Shown here: positions 34,148 to 44,029 of the stretch, piece by piece | Layout: every line of letters begins with the position of its first letter | Numbering within the stretch: position 1 is the first letter of the stretch | Assembly: GCA_964247755.1 (NCBI GenBank) | Contig: CAXTVX010000006.1 | Coordinates: forward strand, 8,022 to 72,021 | Length of the DNA stretch: 64,000 bases | Reading direction: 5' to 3' | Source of the DNA: an uncultured Acetobacteraceae bacterium | GTDB taxonomy: Bacteria > Pseudomonadota > Alphaproteobacteria > Acetobacterales > Acetobacteraceae | Made by a program: the position numbers and the translations under genes | Notes under the pieces: generated by a model | What the model was told of the DNA's origin: nothing | Seen by the model: the letters and a program-made list of their open reading frames with translations, nothing else | The model's database searches: none

Positions 34148-34549
34148 CTAGCGCTTCGGCGGCTGCAGCTTCGGAGCGCCTGCCCGCAGCGTTGCCGTCA
34201 GTGCGGAGAAGTTGGCGGCGATCCGCTTCTGCACCGCGCTGCTGGTCGCCTGGATCGCGTCGATCCGCGTGCGCGCCTCGTTGCTGATCGCGGTCTGCTC
34301 GGTCGCAGCCGCCCTGGACACGCAGGCATCGAAGCTGCGGGCCGCGCGCCCATAGGCGGCGACACGGTCGACGCTCGCGTTGTAGCGGTCGACCGTGGCG
34401 GTATCGACCGCGGGCGCCGCCGGCTCGCGGCCGCACTGTCCGGCAGTCCAGCCGGATCCCGGACCGGCCGCGGCGGTTGCCGGCACCGTTGCACCGCAGA
34501 CGGCCAAGCCGCACATCATCGCCCGCAGCACGATCCGAATTCCGCCCAT
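34148..34549 (-). CDS. Hypothetical secreted helical protein
   Basis: Signal peptide (MGGIRIVLRAMMCGLAVCGATVPATAAA), two Cys (QCGREP, FDACV); start at ATG 34549. Confidence 0.65.
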   Translation of the reverse strand: MGGIRIVLRAMMCGLAVCGATVPATAAAGPGSGWTAGQCGREPAAPAVDTATVDRYNASVDRVAAYGRAARSFDACVSRAAATEQTAISNEARTRIDAIQATSSAVQKRIAANFSALTATLRAGAPKLQPPKR

Positions 34550-34645
34550 CTGCGATCCCTGTCCTCGACGCCGTGCCGGTATCCCGGCGCCGCACGGCAT
34601 CGTCAAGCATCGCCCGCAGCGACATGTACCGGGGAGGTAGCCGCC

Positions 34646-35482
34646 ATGGCCGAAGTCGTCCGCAACCGCGATGCCGTGAAGATCCGCCTCGGCACGCTCA
34701 CCAGCGCCGAGGCCGCGGACCGGCTCGCTGCCGGCGCCACCGTGCTGCTGCCGCTCGGCAGCCTGGAGGACCAGGGACCGCACGCGCCGATGGGCGACTA
34801 CCTGTGCGCCGAGCGGATGGCAGAGCTGATCGCCGGCGCCGCGACCGCAGCCGGCCACGACACGGTGGTCGCTCCGGTGCTGCCGTTCGGTGGCCGCGAC
34901 TTCTTCGGCAGCCGGGTGGGCGGCATCGCGCTGGAGCAGACCACCCTGCGCCTGGTGCTGTGCGACATGCTGCACGGGCTGCTTCGCCACCACGTAGTCC
35001 GGCTGGTCGTGGTCAACGGCCATGGCGGCAACGCCCAGGCGATCCACGACGTGACCCAGGAGATCCTGCTGTCGCGCGGCGTGCTGGTCCCGTGTCTCCA
35101 TCTGTGGAGGATGGCAGGGGCGCTGCTGCCGGAGCTGCTGGGGGCGGAGCGGGCGCAGCTTTCCACCGGCCACGGCGCCGACCCGCTGGCCAGCGTGGCG
35201 ATGCACCTGTTCCCCGAACTGGTCCGTCACGACCTGGTTCCGTCTGCGCCGGCGGCACCGCGCCAAGTCGGCGGCCTGGACGTGGTCGGGTTCGGGACCG
35301 CCCGGCTCGGCGGGATCGAGATCGGCGTGCCGGTGGAGATCGGCCACAGCGCGGTGACCGGCGACGCACGCCTGTGTTCGGCCGAAACGGGGGCCGCCAT
35401 CACCGCCCGGCTGGTCGAGGCAGGCAGCGCACTGGTCGTCCATCTCGCGCGGCAGCCGCTGGGAGACCCAGCCGGACGCTGA
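34646..35482 (+). CDS. Creatininase family protein
   Basis: PLGSLEDQGPHAPMGD, VNGHGGN, GHG; RBS GGAGG. Confidence 0.88.
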   Translation: MAEVVRNRDAVKIRLGTLTSAEAADRLAAGATVLLPLGSLEDQGPHAPMGDYLCAERMAELIAGAATAAGHDTVVAPVLPFGGRDFFGSRVGGIALEQTTLRLVLCDMLHGLLRHHVVRLVVVNGHGGNAQAIHDVTQEILLSRGVLVPCLHLWRMAGALLPELLGAERAQLSTGHGADPLASVAMHLFPELVRHDLVPSAPAAPRQVGGLDVVGFGTARLGGIEIGVPVEIGHSAVTGDARLCSAETGAAITARLVEAGSALVVHLARQPLGDPAGR

Positions 35483-35595
35483 TCCGCGGCGCCGGCTGTT
35501 CCTCGTTTCGTGCGGCCACACCGCGCTGGAGCCTCTTGGCCCCGCTCATGTTGCAGCGCACGATAAGATGCGTCCCGTCCCGGAGCAGCCGCCGC

Positions 35596-36849
35596 ATGAC
35601 CGAGATCCTGGCAGAGGCCCCGCCCGTCCGCACCTTCGTGAGTCCGCCCCATGGGCGCGGCTGGGCGATCCTGGCGCTGGCGGTCGGCGGCTTCGCCATC
35701 GGCACTGGCGAGTTCTCCATGATGGGGCTGCTTCCGGCGGTCGCCGGCAGCTTGCACGCGACGTTGCCGCAGGCCGGCCTGCTGATCAGCCTGTATGCAG
35801 CAGGCGTCGTGGTCGGCGCGCCGGTCATCACCGTGCTGTGCGCGCGCATGCCGCGGCGCCGGCTGCTGATGGGGATGATGGCGCTGTATGCGTTCGGCAA
35901 CCTGCTCAGCGCGGCGTCCGACCACCTGTGGACGGTGGGGCTGTTCCGCTTCCTCAGCGGCCTGCCGCACGGCGCCTTCTTCGGCGTCGCGGCCCTGGTC
36001 GCCGCGTCCATGGTTCCGCATGACGAGCGGGCGCGGGCGGTAGGGCGGGTGATGCTCGGCTTGACCGCCGCCACCATCATCGGCGCGCCGCTGGCCGCCT
36101 GGTGCGGCAGCTTCATCGACTGGCACCTGGCGTATTGGGTCGTCGGCGGACTGTCGGCGCTCACCGTGGGGCTGCTGGCAGTGTTCCTGCCAGCGATCCC
36201 GGCGGCGGACGGCGCGTCGCCCCTGACCGAGCTGGGGGCGCTGGCGCGGCTGCAGGTCTGGCTGGCGCTCGCCACCGGGGCGGTCGGGTTCGGCGGCCTG
36301 TTCGCGATCTATACCTTCATCACGCCGGCGCTGGCGGCGGTGACGCACATGGCCCCGGTGGCGATCCCGCTGGTGCTGGTGGTGCTGGGGCTCGGCATGG
36401 CGCTCGGCAACACCGTCGGTGCGTACTTCGCCGACCGCGCGCTGCGTCGGACGCTGGTGGCGATGCTGGTGTGGGACGGGGTGACGGCGCTGCTGTTCGT
36501 CCCAGCGCTGCCGCACTGGTGGGCGGTGACCGGCGACGCGTTCCTGGTCGGCGCCGGGGTGGCGCTGGCGCCGGCACTGCAGACGCGGCTGATGGACGTG
36601 GCGGCGGACGCGCAGGCGCTGGCGGCAGCACTCAACCACTCCGCCTTCAACATCTCCAACGGGCTCGGCGCGTTCCTTGCCGGCGCCGCGGTCACCGCGG
36701 GCTACGGCTGGTCCTCCGCGGGCGTCGTCGGCGCCGGCATGGCGCTTGCCGGACTGCTGATCTTCGCGGTGTCGCTGGCGGTCGAGCGGGTCAGGCCGGT
36801 CGGCGGCGCCGCAGCGCCAGCAGCAAGCCGGCGAGCAGCAGCACCGTGA
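35596..36849 (+). CDS. MFS transporter (DHA1/AraJ-like)
   Basis: FAIGTGEFSMMGLLP, GLPHGAFFG, ALNHSAFN; 12-TM pattern; start at ATG 35596. Confidence 0.92.
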   Translation: MTEILAEAPPVRTFVSPPHGRGWAILALAVGGFAIGTGEFSMMGLLPAVAGSLHATLPQAGLLISLYAAGVVVGAPVITVLCARMPRRRLLMGMMALYAFGNLLSAASDHLWTVGLFRFLSGLPHGAFFGVAALVAASMVPHDERARAVGRVMLGLTAATIIGAPLAAWCGSFIDWHLAYWVVGGLSALTVGLLAVFLPAIPAADGASPLTELGALARLQVWLALATGAVGFGGLFAIYTFITPALAAVTHMAPVAIPLVLVVLGLGMALGNTVGAYFADRALRRTLVAMLVWDGVTALLFVPALPHWWAVTGDAFLVGAGVALAPALQTRLMDVAADAQALAAALNHSAFNISNGLGAFLAGAAVTAGYGWSSAGVVGAGMALAGLLIFAVSLAVERVRPVGGAAAPAASRRAAAP

Positions 36850-37561
36850 GGCCGGCCATCAGGCGCAGCAGCTTCAGCACCGCCAGGCTGTAGCGGCCGG
36901 TGCTCGGGTCGTAGTGGAAGCAGAGCAGGAGGATGGAGGGCGCCCGCTGCCCGATCGTCCCGCCCCGGGCCTGCCGCAGCGCCTCGGCGAGTGCGCCCGG
37001 CTGGGTGCCGAGACCGAGCAGGTAGCCGGACACCACGCCGCCCGGCGTCAGCACCACCAGGCCGGCCGGATGCAGGAACTGCTTGAGCTGCGGGTCATAG
37101 CGGCTGCCGTAGCCGACCCCCTGCTCGATCCGCTCGATCGTGGCGGCGGTGGCGGTGGCGTAGTGCCAGCCTGCAGCGGCGCCAGGGAGCGGATAGCGCG
37201 CCATATCCGCCGCCTTTGCCGCTGCCGCGTCCGACGAGCGCTCGGCCGGATCGATGCTGAGGAACAGCAGGCTGTAGTCGCGCGGCAGCGACAGGCCGCT
37301 CGCCGACAAGGCGTGCAGCGCGTCGTCGCGGACCACGCCGCACAGCATCGGGCAGGCGAAGTAGCCGAGAATCAGCACCGTCGGCTTGTTGTCGAGGAGG
37401 CGGCCCAGCGTTGCCGCGTGGCCGTCGGAGGCGAGCAGCTTCAGGTCCGAGGGCAGGTGGTTGCCGAGACGCTGGGTGAAGCCGATGCCGCTGGTGTCCG
37501 GCGCCGCGGCCAGGAGGCACAGGGACAGCGCCAACAGCAGCCTCCGGCCGAGGCGGCTCAC
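36791..37561 (-). CDS. SCO1/SenC family copper chaperone
   Basis: GYFACPMLCG (CxxxC), SIDP, QFLHPAG (Cu His), C-terminal LLCFHYDP + TM; GTG start overlapping the pyrC stop. Confidence 0.85.
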   Translation of the reverse strand: MSRLGRRLLLALSLCLLAAAPDTSGIGFTQRLGNHLPSDLKLLASDGHAATLGRLLDNKPTVLILGYFACPMLCGVVRDDALHALSASGLSLPRDYSLLFLSIDPAERSSDAAAAKAADMARYPLPGAAAGWHYATATAATIERIEQGVGYGSRYDPQLKQFLHPAGLVVLTPGGVVSGYLLGLGTQPGALAEALRQARGGTIGQRAPSILLLCFHYDPSTGRYSLAVLKLLRLMAGLTVLLLAGLLLALRRRRPA

Positions 37562-38877
37562 CAGGCGAACCGGGCCAGGGCACCGCGCGGCGGCCCGATC
37601 ACGGCGTCGTCGCGCATCACCGGCACCCCGCGCAGGATCGTCGCCACCGGCCAGCCGGTGACGGTCATGCCGTCGAACGGGGTCCAGCCGCAGGGAGTGG
37701 CGATCCAGTCGTTGCGTATGGTGCGGCGGGCCTTCATGTCGACCACGGTGAAGTCGGCGTCGTTGCCGGCGGCAATGCGGCCCTTGCCCGTCATGTTGTA
37801 GACGCGCGCCGGGCCGGCGGCCATCAGGTCGACGAGCCGGGACAAGGACAGCCGGCCGGCGTTCACGTGGTCCAGCATCACCGGCACGATGGTCTGCACG
37901 CCGGTGAGCCCGGCGGGGCACGCCGGCCATTCCTTCCGCTTCGCGGCCAGCGGGTGCGGCGCGTGGTCGGAGGAGACGGTGTCGACCGTGCCGTCGCGGA
38001 TCGCCGCCCAGCTCGCGTCATGGTGCCGGCGGTCGCGGATCGGCGGGTTCATCACTGCCAGGCCGCCCAGGCGCTCGTAGCAGTCGGGGGCGACCTGGGT
38101 GAGGTGGTTCACCAGCACCTCGACGGTGGCGACGTCGCGGGCGTCGCGGAGGTAGTCGAGCTCCTCGGCAGTCGACACGTGCAGGATGTGTACGGCGCGG
38201 CCGGTGCTGCGGGCGAGTGCGATGATCCGGCGGGTGCCGAGGAACGCGCATTCCTCGTCGCGCCAGATCCGGTGTGTGTCGTAGGGCATGCCGGCGTGGA
38301 ACGAGGGCCTGCGCGCCTGCAGCCGGTATTCGTCCTCGCTGTGGAAGGCGATCCGGCGGCGGCCGGAGCGCATCACCGCCTCGATCCCGGCGTCGTCCTC
38401 GATCATCAGGTCGCCGGTGGAGCTGCCGGCGAACACCTTGATCGCGCACACCCCTGCCCGGGTCTCGTACTCGGCCAGCGCTCCGGTGGCGGCGCGGGTG
38501 GCACCGACATAGAAGGCGAAGTCGGTGTAGCTGTGCGCCGACGCGTAGTCCTGCTTCCAGCGCAGCGCGGCGTCGTCGGTGATCGCCGGCCTGGTGTTGG
38601 GCATGTCGAACACGGTGGCGATGCCGCCCAGGATCGCTGCCTGGGTGCCGGTCGGAATGGATTCCACCGCGGCATCGCCGGGGTCGCGCAGGTGCACATG
38701 GGCGTCGATCAGCCCGGGCAGCACGTGCAGGCCGGTGGCGTCCAGCACCTCCGCAGCCTCGTCGTGCGACGCGACGGCGAGGGCGGCGATCCGGCCGTCG
38801 CGGACGCCGATGTCGGTGCGGGCCTCGCCCCAGGGCAGCACGCAGGTGCCGTTGCGTATGATCAGGTCGTAGTGCAT
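37558..38877 (-). CDS. pyrC: Dihydroorotase
   Basis: LIDAHVHLRDPG, DMPNT, HSED, MNPPIR, SSDHAPH. Confidence 0.9.
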   Translation of the reverse strand: MHYDLIIRNGTCVLPWGEARTDIGVRDGRIAALAVASHDEAAEVLDATGLHVLPGLIDAHVHLRDPGDAAVESIPTGTQAAILGGIATVFDMPNTRPAITDDAALRWKQDYASAHSYTDFAFYVGATRAATGALAEYETRAGVCAIKVFAGSSTGDLMIEDDAGIEAVMRSGRRRIAFHSEDEYRLQARRPSFHAGMPYDTHRIWRDEECAFLGTRRIIALARSTGRAVHILHVSTAEELDYLRDARDVATVEVLVNHLTQVAPDCYERLGGLAVMNPPIRDRRHHDASWAAIRDGTVDTVSSDHAPHPLAAKRKEWPACPAGLTGVQTIVPVMLDHVNAGRLSLSRLVDLMAAGPARVYNMTGKGRIAAGNDADFTVVDMKARRTIRNDWIATPCGWTPFDGMTVTGWPVATILRGVPVMRDDAVIGPPRGALARFAW

Positions 38878-38916
38878 GGGCCCGAGCCTAGCGGATCGGG
38901 CGCACGCCCGGGAGGT

Positions 38917-39684
38917 TCAGGCGCCGCCCCAGTTCATGGTCAAGCCCCCATCCATGGTCCACGTCTGGCCGGTCACGTAGTCGCCGTCGTCGGAAGCGAG
39001 GAACAGGGCCAGGCGGGCGATCTCCTCCGCGTGGCCCTCCCGGCGCCAGGGGATCCGCTCCATCGACTTCTCCTTCTTGTCCGGATCGTCCAGCCGGTCC
39101 GCGGTCATCGGGGTGGCGATCAGGCCGGGCGCGATATTGTTGACGTTGATCCGGTGCGGCGCCAGCTCGACGGCGAGGCTGCGGGTGAGCGAGCCGACGC
39201 CGGCCTTCGACATGCCGTAGGGGGCGCTGCCGGGGGTCGGCAGGTGCTGCGCCACCGAGCTGATGGTGACGATCCGTCCCTGCCCGCCCTGGGCCTTGCG
39301 CAGCCGGATGAACTCGCGGCAGCAGAACAGCGGGCCCATGAGGTTGGTCCGCAGCACCAGCTCGAGCATCTCGTCCTCGAGCTCGTCGACCGGGGTGCCG
39401 CCCATGCCCTTGCCGGCGTTGTTCACCAGCACATCGACCACGCCGAGACCGGCGGCAGCCGTGAACAGCGCCCGCACGTCCGCAGGGCTGCCGACGTCGC
39501 CCTGCACCACGACGGCCCTGCGGCCGGCAGCCTCCACGCGGCGCCTGGTTTCGGCCGCTCCGTCGGCATCGGTGTGGTAGCCGATGCAGAGGTCGGCGCC
39601 TTCGGCAGCGAACAGGGTGGCGATGGCCTGGCCGATCCCGGAGTCGGCGCCGGTGACGATGGCGATCCTGCCTTGCAACTTCAT
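38917..39684 (-). CDS. SDR oxidoreductase (glucose 1-dehydrogenase-like)
   Basis: VTGADSGIG, LVNNAG, YGMSK, NNIAPG, YVTGQ; start at ATG 39684 after AGGAG. Confidence 0.9.
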   Translation of the reverse strand: MKLQGRIAIVTGADSGIGQAIATLFAAEGADLCIGYHTDADGAAETRRRVEAAGRRAVVVQGDVGSPADVRALFTAAAGLGVVDVLVNNAGKGMGGTPVDELEDEMLELVLRTNLMGPLFCCREFIRLRKAQGGQGRIVTISSVAQHLPTPGSAPYGMSKAGVGSLTRSLAVELAPHRINVNNIAPGLIATPMTADRLDDPDKKEKSMERIPWRREGHAEEIARLALFLASDDGDYVTGQTWTMDGGLTMNWGGA

Positions 39685-40132
39685 GACCCTGCGGCTCCTG
39701 ATGGGGTTGCCGGAAGAACGCAGCATGTCGTCCGGCGGCCCGGACACGAACCGGTGTAGCGACGGGCGGAACCGGCAGTCCACGTTGGGCAACGCCGGTT
39801 CCGGACGTTCCCGTTCGATCTGTTCCGGGGAGAACAAGCTCTGCCTCGACGGCGGCCGGAAAGCCATGGAGGGTGTTCCGGCCTGGTCTCGCGACGGCCG
39901 CCACGCCGTCACCGCGGCCCGGCGTGGAGATGCGCCTACGAGGCGACGCCAGGCCCGACCGCCACCGAGCCCGCCATCGGCGCATCCCGCGTCTGCACCT
40001 TTGCTTCGGACCGCTTGCTGATCGTCGGCCATGGAACGCCTATGCCGGGGTGGACGGCACGAGGTGGCAAGCCGGTTGCGCCCCGCATGAGCCTCGAACC
40101 GGCCACGGACGCTGGTCGCGCGGACCGGCCGG

Positions 40133-41143
40133 TCAGAACACGGCGCGCGCCATCCAGTAGAACAGCGCGCCCACCACCGCCGAGGCCGGGAGCGTCACCA
40201 CCCAGGCGACCACGATGCTGCGCGCGATGCCCCAGCGCACTGCCGACGCACGACGTGCCGCGCCGACGCCGACGATCGCGCCGGTGACGGTGTGGGTGGT
40301 GGAGACCGGGATGCCGAGGAAGGTGGCGCCGAACAGCGCCACGGCACCTCCGGTCTCGGCGCAGAAGCCCTGGATCGGCTTGAGGTCGGTGATCCGGGTG
40401 CCGACCGTGCGCACGATGCGCCAGCCGCCGCTGAAGGTGCCGAGCGCCATCGCCGCCTGGCAGGACAGCACCACCCAGAGCGGCACGTGGAACGCCCCGG
40501 TCAGCCGCCCCTGCGAGGCCAGCAGCACGGCGATGATGCCCATGGTCTTCTGCGCGTCGTTGCCGCCGTGGCCGAGGCTGATCAGCGAGGACGACACCAC
40601 CTGGAGGGCGCGGTAGCGGCGGTCCACCGCGTTGGGGGTCGAGCGCACCGAGCTCCAGACGGTGAGCAGCATCAGCGCCATTGCCAGGGTGAGCCCGATC
40701 GCCGGCGACAGCACGATCGCCGCCACCACCGGGCCGAGCCCGTGCCACAGGATGGCGGCAAACCCGCCCTTGGCGATCCCGGCGCCGAGCAGGCCGCCGA
40801 TCAGGGCGTGGCTGCTCGAGGACGGGATGCCGAGCAGCCAGGTGAGCACGTTCCAGCTGATCGCGCCGACCAGGGCGCCGAACACCACGGTGGCGTCGAT
40901 CAGGCCCGGCGCCACCAGCCCGGCGCCGACCGTGTGCGCGACGTGCAGGCCGAACACCATGAAGGCGATGAAGTTGAAGAACGCGGCCGCGCCGACCGCG
41001 GTCAGCGGCCGCATCACCCGGGTCGAGACCACGGTGGCGATCGAGTTGGCGGAGTCGTGCATGCCGTTGAGGAAGTCGAACAGCAGCGCGACCGCGACCA
41101 GGGCCGACAGCGCCGGCAGGCCGAGCAGGGTCCCGTGCGCCAC
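40133..41143 (-). CDS. Inorganic phosphate transporter, PiT family
   Basis: NGMHDSANSIATVV, PSSSSHAL, GHGGNDAQK, PVSTTH. Confidence 0.95.
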   Translation of the reverse strand: MAHGTLLGLPALSALVAVALLFDFLNGMHDSANSIATVVSTRVMRPLTAVGAAAFFNFIAFMVFGLHVAHTVGAGLVAPGLIDATVVFGALVGAISWNVLTWLLGIPSSSSHALIGGLLGAGIAKGGFAAILWHGLGPVVAAIVLSPAIGLTLAMALMLLTVWSSVRSTPNAVDRRYRALQVVSSSLISLGHGGNDAQKTMGIIAVLLASQGRLTGAFHVPLWVVLSCQAAMALGTFSGGWRIVRTVGTRITDLKPIQGFCAETGGAVALFGATFLGIPVSTTHTVTGAIVGVGAARRASAVRWGIARSIVVAWVVTLPASAVVGALFYWMARAVF

Positions 41144-41147
41144 CGGC

Positions 41148-41780
41148 TCAGACCTGCTCGACCACGATGCCCTCGATCACGTCGGCCACGTCCTCGCAGC
41201 GATCGACCACGCTCTCGATCAGGTCGTACACCTTTTCCACCGTCAGCTTGGTGCCGGCGGAGGCGTCGCTGGCGAACAGGGCGCGCAAGCCGGTGTTGAG
41301 CAGCTCGTCCGCCCGTCCCTCGGCCTCGCGCACCGCCTCCTGCATCGCCTGCAGCCCGCCCGCGCTGCGGCCGATGGTGGCGAGCAGCGGCATCGCGTCG
41401 CGTATCTCCGTGGTGGCCTGCACCGCACAGTCGGCCATGGCGAGCATCTCGGGGGTGTAGGTGATGCCGTAGAGACGGATCCGCCGGCCGGCCTCCTTCA
41501 TCAGGTCGATGGTGTCGTCCAGCGCGGTGGTCAGGTCGAGGATCTGCGAGCGGTCGAACGGCGTGATGAAGGAGCGGTGGATCGCCTGCACCGTCTGCCG
41601 TGTCACCTCGTCGGCCGCCTCCTCGTGGCGGCACAGCGCGCGGTAGCTCCCGTCGCCGTCGGTGCCGGACAGCAGGCCGCGGAAGGCGATCGCGCCGTCC
41701 ACCACATGACGGGAATGCGCCGCCAGGCGGGCGACGAAGCGCTCGTCCTTCGGCATCAACGCCTTGAAGAATTCGAACAT
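41148..41780 (-). CDS. DUF47 family PiT accessory protein
   Basis: HEEAADEV, FITPFDRSQI, LDDTIDLM, E..ADE, DRCEDVAD; start at ATG 41780. Confidence 0.92.
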   Translation of the reverse strand: MFEFFKALMPKDERFVARLAAHSRHVVDGAIAFRGLLSGTDGDGSYRALCRHEEAADEVTRQTVQAIHRSFITPFDRSQILDLTTALDDTIDLMKEAGRRIRLYGITYTPEMLAMADCAVQATTEIRDAMPLLATIGRSAGGLQAMQEAVREAEGRADELLNTGLRALFASDASAGTKLTVEKVYDLIESVVDRCEDVADVIEGIVVEQV

Positions 41781-42276
41781 GCCGTTCCATCGCCCCGATA
41801 AAGCCGCGACCGTCTCCTGCTTGTAGTCCAGGCCGCGCCATCCGCCACATGCCGCAGCGCTGTCGGTCATGCGGCCAGGGCGTTCGCCGGATGGGGCGAT
41901 GACCGATGCCACCCTTATCCGGACGGCGGGCCCGTGGAAGCGGCTCGGCGCCGGGCACGACCGGAAGATGGCAGGGTGACGCCGACCCATGTCCCGCCGC
42001 GGCAGCGTGCGGTCCACGAGTGGCTGGAAGGTGTCACGCGTGGCGCGGCCCCAGGGTCCGGGTGCCCGCGTCTGCGGCGACTGCCACGTCGGCAACCCTG
42101 GTCCGACCGCCAACGGCGACGGTACACGCCGATCCGAATCCGCAGCCTGGACCGGACGTGACCGGCAACCCGGTGCACGACCCGTGATCCGGCCCGGCCT
42201 GTCGCCGGCGACGGCGGCAAGCGGTCTCGACCTGCACGATGGACCTGCCTGGTTCGGTTCTTGCTACAACAGTGCC

Positions 42277-43374
42277 ATGCGTGATCCGTGCTGGCAGGCC
42301 GCGTGGACTGCGATTGAACCTCTGCTCCGCCGCCACGACCGCCTGCTGCTGCCGCGTGGCGACTGGCCGTGCCCGGCTCGGCCGGTGCGGTTCTACGACA
42401 ACGAGATCCGGATCGGACAGGCCAGTGTGCTGGTGCTGCACAAGGGCAAGCTCGCCGGGCTCGGCAAGCCGGCGCTGCAGGCGGTGATGCGGCGGTGGCG
42501 CTTCGTGTTCGCCAACGAGGTCCTGGTCTGCTTCCGCAAGGCCGCCCCGTTTCCGCTCAGGAAGCAGCCGCACATCGAGGACGTGCATGCCTGCACGCTG
42601 TACGAGCACGTCCATTCGGACCGCCTGAAGCGGATCGCCGGCACGGTCTACTTCTCGCACATCCCGAAGGCCGCCGGCACCGCGGTCTGGACCGCTCTGA
42701 GCCAGCGAGTCCGGTCGAGCATCTATTACGACTCGTTCGAGACCTTCCGCAGCAACCCGCCGCGACCGGGCGAGTACGACCTGGTCGGCGGCCACGTGCC
42801 GTTGCCGCTGCTGCTCGCCCATGCTGCCGAAGGGGACCGGGTGGTGGGACTGGTCAGGGAGCCGACCGCGCGGTTCCGCTCCGCCTTCCTGCACAGCCGA
42901 CGCGCGGAGGAGGACCCCGTCACCTTCACGCCGATCATGCAGGCGATGCGCCGCGACCCGCTGCTGGCATTCCTGCACACCCATAACGGGCAGATGGAGC
43001 TGCGCCAGCAGCTGCTGATGCTGGGCTTCGACTACGCGTCCGACTATGCCGTGCACCGGGACGCGGAGCTGCTCGGCGTCGCCAGGCGGCTGCTCGGCGA
43101 CGAGCGGTGCCTGTTCCGGCCGACCGAGCAGATCGACGGCTTCGTGTCGGAAGTGGCAGACATGCTCCGGATCGACCTTTCCGGCGCACCCCTCGGCCGC
43201 GTCAACGCAGCGAGCCTGGAACAGACTGACCAAGCGACGGCGGAGTTCGGGGAAGCGCTGCCGCTGATCGTCGCAGGCAACGGCTGCGAACGCGCTCTGT
43301 ACGAATTCGTGGCGTCCAGTGGCGTGCAGGACCGGCCGTCCGGGGCTCCCTCGCCGCACCAGGCCGAAGCTTGA
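42277..43374 (+). CDS. Sulfotransferase-family protein with an extra N-terminal domain
   Basis: FSHIPKAAGT (5'-PSB), GGH, VREPTARFRSAF (3'-PB); start at ATG 42277. Confidence 0.75.
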   Translation: MRDPCWQAAWTAIEPLLRRHDRLLLPRGDWPCPARPVRFYDNEIRIGQASVLVLHKGKLAGLGKPALQAVMRRWRFVFANEVLVCFRKAAPFPLRKQPHIEDVHACTLYEHVHSDRLKRIAGTVYFSHIPKAAGTAVWTALSQRVRSSIYYDSFETFRSNPPRPGEYDLVGGHVPLPLLLAHAAEGDRVVGLVREPTARFRSAFLHSRRAEEDPVTFTPIMQAMRRDPLLAFLHTHNGQMELRQQLLMLGFDYASDYAVHRDAELLGVARRLLGDERCLFRPTEQIDGFVSEVADMLRIDLSGAPLGRVNAASLEQTDQATAEFGEALPLIVAGNGCERALYEFVASSGVQDRPSGAPSPHQAEA

Positions 43375-43505
43375 CGGAAACATTCCGAGCCGGACGCTGC
43401 TGACTGGTTCCGGCGGCGGCCTGGAAGGGCGCTGAACGGCGCCGTCGCCGCGTCCTCCAAACAGTGTCGGAGGGGAAGGAGCCAGTCCGCCTGCGGGACG
43501 CGGGT

Positions 43506-44029
43506 CTAGCGCGTCCGGCAGGCCCGGTCGTCCGGGACGAACTGGAAGCCATCGGCCACAAGGAGGTAGCGGAAGGGTCCGTCGGCACCGCGCTCGTCCC
43601 GTTGTCCGAGCACGACGATCAGGCGGCTGTCGTCCCGGTAGCGCACGGGCTGGAGCAGCCTGATCGGCCAGTTGCTGATCGTCTTCGGCATCCACCGAAC
43701 ATCCCCGGTCAGGGCATCGACCGAGGCCGGCGGATGCAGCCGGCACCGCAGCCCACTTTCGCCAGGATGAAGTGGCCCGCCGCGTCCATCCTATTCCTGT
43801 TGATGGTCCACAGCAGGTCCTCGCCGTGGTCACGCGTCAGCCGGTCCGTCCCGTGGATGATCGCGGACGCCGCATGATCGACGGGTCGGGCCGGATAACA
43901 GCGGAACTGCTCGTCGACGGGGTCCGCGCGGGCCGTACCCGCGCCTGCAAGCAGGATGCCGAGGAAGAGGACATGACCTGCCACCCTTGGTGGATCTCGC
44001 GGAGCCGCCAGCTTCCAGAGCCGGTCCAT
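43506..44029 (-). pseudogene. Frameshifted secreted hypothetical protein
   Basis: Signal peptide ...GCGAGCIR ends in TGA at 43709; a shifted frame continues ASVDALTGDVRWMP...YRDDSRLIVVLG to TAG 43506. One base appears missing near 43728. Confidence 0.65.

Noticed and set aside
39798-39835. Cluster of GTTC tetramers upstream of the SDR gene as a second SOS box
   Set aside because: Spacers are 2, 5 and 11 nt; none gives GTTC-N7-GTTC
39685-40132. ~450-bp gap open in frame with the SDR (116-aa extension) as a fused domain or separate gene
   Set aside because: No recognisable motif; ATG 39684 has its own RBS and gives a normal-length SDR
41781-42276. ~500-bp gap between DUF47 and the sulfotransferase with short ORFs (41906-42187, 41934-42161)
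   Set aside because: No convincing RBS, motif or Pho box; cannot support a gene or RNA from sequence alone
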